A stretch of 64,000 nucleotides of DNA from Acutalibacteraceae bacterium (lineage in GTDB: Bacteria > Bacillota > Clostridia > Oscillospirales > Acutalibacteraceae): positions 187 through 64,186 of the forward strand of contig JAZUSN010000017.1 of assembly GCA_045606785.1 (NCBI GenBank). The letters are read 5' to 3'. Position numbers and translations under genes: made by a program. The notes under the pieces are model-generated. The model was not told the origin of the DNA and made no database searches. It saw nothing but the letters and a program-made list of their open reading frames with translations. Shown here in pieces: positions 39,394 to 45,988 of this stretch. Each line of letters starts with the position of its first letter. Within the stretch, counting starts at the first letter, position 1.

Positions 39394-39969
39394 TTATTTG
39401 CCGCCCAAATGCTCCAAAAGGAAGCCGGCAATTGCATCAAATACTTTGGGGCTTGTTTTCGGAAAAAGAGCTGACAGAAAACCTGCAGACAAGAAAGTAG
39501 AAAAAATGCCAAACATACTGAAAGATGCTATAATACCTTCAAAAAAGAGTTCGACCCTCTCGGTGAAAGGAACAGGCTCCAATATACGTATTTCGATAGT
39601 ATCGATAGCCATTATATTACCGTCAGTATCAAGAATCTGAAACCCTATGAAACAGCTTCCGTATGAAACAGCCTTAACCTCAGCCCCGCTGACCCCGCCT
39701 TTATCATCCGGAATAAAATTAACCTCACAACACTCGCCGTTTGCATAGTATTTTATTTCAAACGGCTCATCTGTCGGCGGGCACCAATCAATCTCAACAT
39801 AAGTTGTCTGCCCTATTTTCATATCCTTCCTCAAATTGGCAAAGCTTGCATCAACAGAAACATACGGCGGTTCTTTTTTGTCTGCAGCTGTTGAACTGAG
39901 CGGAAAAGCTGCCGCCAAAAGCAAAACGCACAACAAAACAGACAAAACCTTTTTTGATTTTTTTAACAT
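39394..39969 (-). CDS. Secreted Ig-like protein with C-terminal hydrophobic anchor
   Basis: Signal peptide MLKKSKKVLSVLLCVLLLAAAFPLSSTAAD. FIGFQILDTDGNIMAIDTIEI resembles TVTAKIIDANGNVIATDEL of the 37396 product. C-terminus IIASFSMFGIFSTFLSAGFLSALF.... Confidence 0.75.
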   Translation of the reverse strand: MLKKSKKVLSVLLCVLLLAAAFPLSSTAADKKEPPYVSVDASFANLRKDMKIGQTTYVEIDWCPPTDEPFEIKYYANGECCEVNFIPDDKGGVSGAEVKAVSYGSCFIGFQILDTDGNIMAIDTIEIRILEPVPFTERVELFFEGIIASFSMFGIFSTFLSAGFLSALFPKTSPKVFDAIAGFLLEHLGGK

Positions 39970-40188
39970 ATATATTTACCTCCCTTTTTGCTTTTGTTCG
40001 CTCCCTTTAAACGAACGATTAAATTACTCCGTATCCATATTATACCAATAAAAAGTTGATTATTCAATATTTCGTTTCATTTTATTAAAAGTTTGTTAAT
40101 AAGTTACAAATTTATTCATAATATTTCTAATAATAAACTTTTATTAAGAGGCTTTTAAATATTTTTTAATTTTAGTTGCCCGTAAATT

Positions 40189-40274
40189 TGTCATCCTAAA
40201 CGAAGTGAAGGATCTTTAAGCATTAGATGACTGAGGAGATTTTGTTAAGATTCTTCGCTACGCTCAGAATGACA
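40189..40274. repeat. Imperfect 27-bp inverted-repeat element (MITE/REP-like)
   Basis: TGTCATCCTAAACGAAGTGAAGGATCT (40189..40215) and AGATTCTTCGCTACGCTCAGAATGACA (40248..40274). The arms differ mostly by transitions compatible with G-U pairing. Confidence 0.7.
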
Positions 40275-40354
40275 AACATTTTTATTGAAATATTACTTTT
40301 ACAGCGTTAGAGGCAAGCCATTTTTCTAATAATGGATTTGCATACCGCCGGAAA

Positions 40355-40394
40355 CAACAAAAAACAGCACAGCTCAAAATTGAACTGTGCTGTT
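40355..40394 (-). terminator. Rho-independent terminator of the 40582..42126 transcript
   Basis: AACAGCACAG / CTGTGCTGTT stem. An A-run on the plus strand (40355..40364) gives a T-run on the minus strand. Confidence 0.8.
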
Positions 40395-40411
40395 TAGTTT
40401 TAAATCAAGTT

Positions 40412-40581
40412 ATGCAACAAGCTTATCTCGTTTTATCGCATCAACTCTGTACCTCAGTTTAATTGAGGCATTTGGTGTCGATCTTGTCGATACTCAGAAA
40501 CATGCAACAAACTCATCTCGTTTTATCGCATCAACTCTGTGCCTCAAGTTAATTGAGGTATTTGCTGTCGATCTTATCGAC
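40412..40581. repeat. Two-copy tandem direct repeat, 90-bp period, in the 3' UTR of the SDR-like gene
   Basis: ATGCAACAAGCTTATCTCGTTTTATCGCATCAACTCTGTACCTCAGTTTAATTGAGGCATTTGGTGTCGATCTTGTCGAT is copy 1. ATGCAACAAACTCATCTCGTTTTATCGCATCAACTCTGTGCCTCAAGTTAATTGAGGTATTTGCTGTCGATCTTATCGAC is copy 2. Copy 2 abuts the stop codon at 40582. Confidence 0.85.
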
Positions 40582-42126
40582 TTATTTCTTGTACTCCTTG
40601 AAATCTGCATAGATTTCTTCGGTGTAAACGTTGTTTTCGTCCTTATCGTGGAGCGGATACCAAACCTGAGCGAAGAAGGGGTTAACCTTTGCTTCGTCAT
40701 CGTATGCCCAGCGGAACTTCTTCTGCTCAGCCTTCTCGAGTGATGAGGGAAGCTCTTCGGGGCACCAGTGACCGCCGCGGAGAACAAGGTTCGGGCTCAT
40801 CATAAACTTATGGCCGTGTGCACATTCCCACTCAACGGGTGTGTACATATCAACGATCTCAGTTGCAAGGCACTTACCGCCACGGAACTCAGCAGCCTTC
40901 TGAAGATCCTCAAGAGTGAGTGAATCGAAGGGCTTGGACTCGTCATAACCGTGATCGAGAACAAGAGCCTTTGCAGGATCATCGTTGGGACGGTAGACCT
41001 TAACCTTGCTCCAATCAGAGCCGATTGCGTTCCACTTCTCAAGAGAGCCGACGTAAGCATTGATTCTGGGAGCAACCTTATTCTCTCTCCACCAGAGTGT
41101 ACCGTAAACGGGAGTCTTGGCAATCTTCTTCATAAAGGGCTTAACAGCAAATGAGAAGGGCTTTGCAAGGAATGCAAGCTTGTAGAACCACTCTACCCTA
41201 TCCATCATGCTCTTGAAGTATTCCTCAATGGGAGTGTTTGCACGGAAGTGGAGATAGCTCTCGAGAACATCGGAGTCGAGATACCACTGACCGTGGAAGT
41301 TACGTGTGATGAACCAATCGGGATCGAAGAGCTTCTTGGGATCGCCAAGGCCGAGACCGCACTTGCCGAGAAGAAGCTGCTCGAACTCCATATTTGTGAT
41401 TCTGTACTGAGCACCGGAACCGATGTTGTAGAATCGTCTCCAGAATTCCTCAGGAACATCGTCGCCACAGACGTTTACAAGGAGGCGACCTGAATCCTCA
41501 ACTGTTGCCCACTCAAGAACACCGTTGATAACAACGTGATACATGATAGGCTCCATATTCTTGAGAATTTCGGGATAAAGGATGCCTGACTGACGAAGAG
41601 ATACCCAATACTTAAGACCTGACTCTGCAAAAACAGACTCAGCAATAACCTTACTTGTTGCATAGTGGTCGTAAACGCTGATTTTGATGGGGTCGCCTGT
41701 ACGTGCCCAATGGATAGGATCGTCACGCTCACCTGTTTCAGCAACTGTACCTATGTAAACAACCTTAACAGCATCGGGATCGGGCTGTGCCTTGACAGCC
41801 TTAACGATATTCTGTGCAGCAGATACGTTTGTTTTGATAGTTGCAATGGGAAGATAGTCTGCAGAAGGAGAAACCATACCGCCGACGTGAAGGACGTAGT
41901 CGGAACCTGTGACACACTCGAGTACGCTATCGTACTTCTTGAGATCGCCCCAGACAATTCTGACAGAATCGTCATTCATATAATCCTTGAACTTTTCTCT
42001 GTTTTTCTCGCTGTCACGAAGAAGAACAACAATGTTGAACTTATCCTTCTTTGCATACAGCTGCTTGAAACCTTCCCAACCCATGTTGCCCGAAGCACCG
42101 GTCAGGAATACCGTTTTTTTGCTCAT
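40582..42126 (-). CDS. NAD(P)-binding SDR / epimerase-dehydratase-like protein with about 200-aa C-terminal extension
   Basis: VFLTGASGNMGWEG Rossmann motif and a YxxxK-like YATSK. The C-terminal part contains WECAHGHKFMMSPNLVLRGGHWCPE. AGGAGG RBS. Confidence 0.75.
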   Translation of the reverse strand: MSKKTVFLTGASGNMGWEGFKQLYAKKDKFNIVVLLRDSEKNREKFKDYMNDDSVRIVWGDLKKYDSVLECVTGSDYVLHVGGMVSPSADYLPIATIKTNVSAAQNIVKAVKAQPDPDAVKVVYIGTVAETGERDDPIHWARTGDPIKISVYDHYATSKVIAESVFAESGLKYWVSLRQSGILYPEILKNMEPIMYHVVINGVLEWATVEDSGRLLVNVCGDDVPEEFWRRFYNIGSGAQYRITNMEFEQLLLGKCGLGLGDPKKLFDPDWFITRNFHGQWYLDSDVLESYLHFRANTPIEEYFKSMMDRVEWFYKLAFLAKPFSFAVKPFMKKIAKTPVYGTLWWRENKVAPRINAYVGSLEKWNAIGSDWSKVKVYRPNDDPAKALVLDHGYDESKPFDSLTLEDLQKAAEFRGGKCLATEIVDMYTPVEWECAHGHKFMMSPNLVLRGGHWCPEELPSSLEKAEQKKFRWAYDDEAKVNPFFAQVWYPLHDKDENNVYTEEIYADFKEYKK

Positions 42127-42217
42127 ACCGCATTTGCCTCCTATTTTATGTTACTTTAAATCTACCATACTTCAACAAAAATTTCAATACAAATCTTCAT
42201 ATTATTAGCTTTAAGAC

Positions 42218-42751
42218 TTACTTTTTTTCGCAAACAGCAAAAAGAAAACCGTTATGCTCACCAACCGTGAAGCCGTAATCCTCATTGCTTGATCTTATCG
42301 GATTTTCGAGAGCATAAAACTCAATGGATTTGGCGTTATCCGCAAAGCCTGTACCAATTGCTTTGAGGTAACTCTCCTTGAGCGTCCAAAGGGTAAAAAA
42401 GGCTTTGTCTTCATTCTCTGCGTTATCTATCAAAGATATCTCGCCCTCGGTAAAAATACGCGATTCGACCGATTTGCGACGTTTTGAGCACAGCTCAACA
42501 TCAACTCCTGTTTCCCTGTCGGAAATGCCGCACATAGCTGTGCCCTTGCTGTGGCTGAGGCTGATAAAAATATCATTTCTGCCATCAATGTAGGGCTTGC
42601 CCTTTGCGTCTTTGAGTATAGTTATTTCATTCTCCGGGATGCAAAGCTTATCCGACAGAGCACGCTTGAGCAGATTATGTGCCGCCTCACTCATTTTTCT
42701 GTAACTATCTTCTATTGAATCAGCGAAAAAGATTTGGGTCAAAGCTATCAC
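42218..42751 (-). CDS. Sfp-type 4'-phosphopantetheinyl transferase (short form)
   Basis: FISLSHSKGTAMCGIS...GVDVE and FTLWTLKESYLKAIGTG are PPTase motifs. The start is uncertain: GTG at 42751, or TTG at 42742 behind AAGGTGA. Confidence 0.8.
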   Translation of the reverse strand: MIALTQIFFADSIEDSYRKMSEAAHNLLKRALSDKLCIPENEITILKDAKGKPYIDGRNDIFISLSHSKGTAMCGISDRETGVDVELCSKRRKSVESRIFTEGEISLIDNAENEDKAFFTLWTLKESYLKAIGTGFADNAKSIEFYALENPIRSSNEDYGFTVGEHNGFLFAVCEKK

Positions 42752-42755
42752 CTTT

Positions 42756-42793
42756 TTTCAAAAAATGCCGCCCGGGGTTTAGCCGGACGGCAT
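42756..42793 (-). terminator. Rho-independent terminator after the dockerin-protein gene
   Basis: ATGCCGTCCGG / CCGGGCGGCAT stem (one mismatch) followed by a T-run on the minus strand. Confidence 0.8.
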
Positions 42794-42812
42794 CTCGTGT
42801 TTTGGGAATTAT

Positions 42813-45800
42813 TCATGCAGTTGCAATCTGGTTAACTACCTGCTTGAGAAGTGCAGCGTCGTTAAGAAGAACTGCGTCTGCAGCATCAATAACACCGTCG
42901 TGGTTCGGGTCAGCAGCCATCTTCTCGTATTCGTTGAGACTGTTTGCCGAAAGAAGACCGTTATTGATCATTGTAACAAGGAATGAGTCGTTAGCATCGG
43001 TTGTACCGTTGCCGTCAAGGTCACCGTAGATGATTACGGTGTACTCAAGTCTGCAGGTTGTGCCATCCATAACCTTGATAACAGAACCTGTACCAAGTAC
43101 GGAATCCTCACACTGAATAGTACCTGTGCCGATAACCTCTGCATAGTAAGTCTTGAATGTGTCGAGTGTAAGCTCTTCAGCAAGACCGTAAACTATTCTC
43201 TTCTTTGTTTCAACAACTGTTGTTGAACCGTCTACGGGAGCAAGCTCACAGTCTGTTGTTGCAATGTCGAGAGAAACGAATGCGTTGGAAACGTCGGGAA
43301 CAAGGTTAACTGTATCAAGCTTGTATGCTGTACCGTTTTTAGTTACGCAAGCAACTGATGTGGGAACAGAATTTGCACTGTTTGTGGGAGACTTACAAAT
43401 TCTCTCATCAATGAAGATAAGACCGTCTGTAACAGCAGCATCAATACCTGTGTTAACAGTAAGCTTGAGTGTGAATACGTGTGTCTTCTCGTTTACGATA
43501 ACAGGAGCCTTCGCGCTTGTTGTTGCGAAGTTACCTGTAGTAATACGGGTACACTTGATATTATCGGGATTAAGCGGAACGTTATCCTCAAACTTGCTTG
43601 CCCAGTTAGTAGCAGAATAGTTTGTAGAACCTGACAAAGTTGTAGCTGCAAGTGATTTAATATAATCGGAAGTTGTGTTTGCAACAGTTGCATTTCTGAC
43701 GTTACCGGCAACTGTAAATACACGGTTATCAAACATAATACCGAAGATACCCTGGCCTGCATAGTAGTTTGTCTTTATGCTTACTTCAACCTCGATAGCG
43801 TCGCCTTCCTTGATGGATGTAGCGGGTACACGCTTGCCGTTGATTGTCTTGTAAACGTCGAGATAATAGTTACAGACTGTGTTAAGAGTCCAGACAGCTT
43901 CAACCGTAAGATTACCTGAAGGCATTGTCTTAAGGTCATAGGGCTGGCCGTTGAGAGTCCAACCGTCGAAGAGGTAGTTCTCCTTAGTGGGAGCTTCAAT
44001 GGAGATAGGTGTGCCGTAAGGAGCTGTGATAGCGTCGATTGCTGTGCCGCCGTCTGTATCAAAGTAAAGTGTGTATGTGTTTACACTGTACTGAGCATAG
44101 AGAGTGTGATGTGCATCAAGCTCTACAGGAACAGCTGATGTAACCTGATCGCCACCCTCGGGCTGTGTGAACCAGCCGATAAATGTGTGACCGTCCTTCT
44201 CGGGTGTGGGAAGCGGACCGTAGGTTGAGCCGTATGTTACGGAGTAAGCAGGTGTTGAAACCACGCCGTTCTCACCGGGATCAAGAGTGATGTCATATAC
44301 CTTCTCTGTCCAACCTGCGTAAACAAGCACTTCAGCATCCGAATCACCAAGGTCAGGCATTGTTGTGTATGATGCGGGCTGTGTGCAAGCAGTATCGTAA
44401 TACCAGCCTGTGAACGTATAGCCGTATCTTGTGGGAACAGGCATTTCGATTGCATCACCGTATTTAGCTGTAATAGCTTCACATGCTGAACCGAGACCTG
44501 AATCGAAGCGGAATGTGTAGCTTTCAACGTCACTCCAATGTGCGTAGAGATTCTCTACGTAGTTGATTGTAACGATGGTATCAGCAACGATCTGCTCGCC
44601 GCCTGTAGCATCGGAGAACCAACCGAGGAATGTATGACCGTCTCTTGTTGCAACGGGAAGCTCGCCGTACTCTACACCGTAGGTAAGCTCTTTGGATGTA
44701 ACATCAACAGAGCCACCGTTGGGATTAAAGTATGCATAGTAAGTAACGGGTGTGTAAGTGAAAGTTACTGTCTGCTCATCAGCAGAAAGTGTAACGGTCT
44801 GATACTGCTCTGTGGGCTCATAACCGGGATGAACGGGAGCAGTTACACGAACGACATATGTTCTTGTGCCGTCGTATGTCTGTGAACTGAGTACACGGTA
44901 GCCGCCGGCATAGCTTGCGTCCGGAGTCTGAGCGACGACTGTGTAACGTGCAGTCTTGAGAGTAAGACCGTCGATTGCGCTCTGGATAGAAGCAGCCATC
45001 TGATCAACCGCCGTCTGCCTGCTTGCAGGAAGATCATACTGAACAAGTGCGATAGCATTTGTAACATCGACGAATGAGTTATAGTTATCGGGATTAAGCT
45101 CGTTGACATATGCAACAAGTGCATAGATCTGAGAGTAATCTGCATAGGCACTTACAAGTGTATTAACTGCAAGCTCAATATTTTCGATAGCACGACTAAC
45201 TCTTGTCTGAGTAGCACTGGGATTAGCGAAAACTTCGAAAGCATTCTTGATAACAGAAACGTATGTTGTGAAGCCGCCGCTGTAATCAAATGCCTGCCTG
45301 TTCTTAGCCATTTCTCTTGCGAGAAGCGCACCAAGCTCATTCTTAACAGCTACGTGTTCGCCATCAGCTGAAGTGAGCACATAAACATATGTTGTGTAGG
45401 CTACGCCCAAGCACTCATATGTGATTTTGGCAGTAATTACGCTGCCTGTAGCACCTGTAGAAGTGATAGTTGCTGTATAGTAGCCATCATCCTGAAGTGC
45501 AAAATTTGATGAGATAACTGCGTTTTCAAGCTCAACAGCAATGTTTGTAAGCTCATTGGACGCAGCATCTTTGATTTGGATAACCGTGCTCTGACTGACA
45601 TTAACCGTACTTGCAGAACGGATATCAAGAGCAGATGCATAGTTAGTGTTGATAACTGTAAGACCTGCTTCAGCAGCAGCAAGAGCTGTTACTGCGTTGG
45701 CCTTTTCTTCTGCTGTGGCAGAAGTGTTGCTATTGACAAAAGTAGCGTTAGCAAGCGCTGCGGAATAGACAGCATATGATTCAGGTGTATATCTTGCTTC

Positions 45801-45947
45801 CGGGAAGGAATCATGATTATTGATCATATACTGAAGAACCGAAGCTGTGTAGCTTGCGGCATCAGCGACGATGCCGCAAGCGAGAGTACTAAATACAAGT
45901 GTCAATGCAATAAGAAAGCTTGTTAATCTTTTAAGTTTCATTTGCAT
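42813..45947 (-). CDS. Secreted multidomain protein: FIVAR-like helical repeats, Listeria-Bacteroides (Flg_new) repeats, beta domains, C-terminal type-I dockerin
   Basis: Signal peptide. Helical repeats such as YTPESYAVYSAALANA. Four repeats ending GHTFLGWF / GYTFTGWY / GHTFIGWF / NYLFDGW. Dockerin duplicated Ca-binding loops DLDGNGTTDANDSFLV and DPNHDGVIDAADAVLL. Confidence 0.85.
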   Translation of the reverse strand: MQMKLKRLTSFLIALTLVFSTLACGIVADAASYTASVLQYMINNHDSFPEARYTPESYAVYSAALANATFVNSNTSATAEEKANAVTALAAAEAGLTVINTNYASALDIRSASTVNVSQSTVIQIKDAASNELTNIAVELENAVISSNFALQDDGYYTATITSTGATGSVITAKITYECLGVAYTTYVYVLTSADGEHVAVKNELGALLAREMAKNRQAFDYSGGFTTYVSVIKNAFEVFANPSATQTRVSRAIENIELAVNTLVSAYADYSQIYALVAYVNELNPDNYNSFVDVTNAIALVQYDLPASRQTAVDQMAASIQSAIDGLTLKTARYTVVAQTPDASYAGGYRVLSSQTYDGTRTYVVRVTAPVHPGYEPTEQYQTVTLSADEQTVTFTYTPVTYYAYFNPNGGSVDVTSKELTYGVEYGELPVATRDGHTFLGWFSDATGGEQIVADTIVTINYVENLYAHWSDVESYTFRFDSGLGSACEAITAKYGDAIEMPVPTRYGYTFTGWYYDTACTQPASYTTMPDLGDSDAEVLVYAGWTEKVYDITLDPGENGVVSTPAYSVTYGSTYGPLPTPEKDGHTFIGWFTQPEGGDQVTSAVPVELDAHHTLYAQYSVNTYTLYFDTDGGTAIDAITAPYGTPISIEAPTKENYLFDGWTLNGQPYDLKTMPSGNLTVEAVWTLNTVCNYYLDVYKTINGKRVPATSIKEGDAIEVEVSIKTNYYAGQGIFGIMFDNRVFTVAGNVRNATVANTTSDYIKSLAATTLSGSTNYSATNWASKFEDNVPLNPDNIKCTRITTGNFATTSAKAPVIVNEKTHVFTLKLTVNTGIDAAVTDGLIFIDERICKSPTNSANSVPTSVACVTKNGTAYKLDTVNLVPDVSNAFVSLDIATTDCELAPVDGSTTVVETKKRIVYGLAEELTLDTFKTYYAEVIGTGTIQCEDSVLGTGSVIKVMDGTTCRLEYTVIIYGDLDGNGTTDANDSFLVTMINNGLLSANSLNEYEKMAADPNHDGVIDAADAVLLNDAALLKQVVNQIATA

Positions 45948-45988
45948 ATTCCCCTATTACACGAGTAAATTTTTAGTAAGTTGGTTGC

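Noticed and set aside
40387-40743. 118-aa plus-strand ORF with internally repeated sequence
   Set aside because: It is created by the 90-bp tandem repeat and then runs antisense into the SDR-like gene. It has no RBS.
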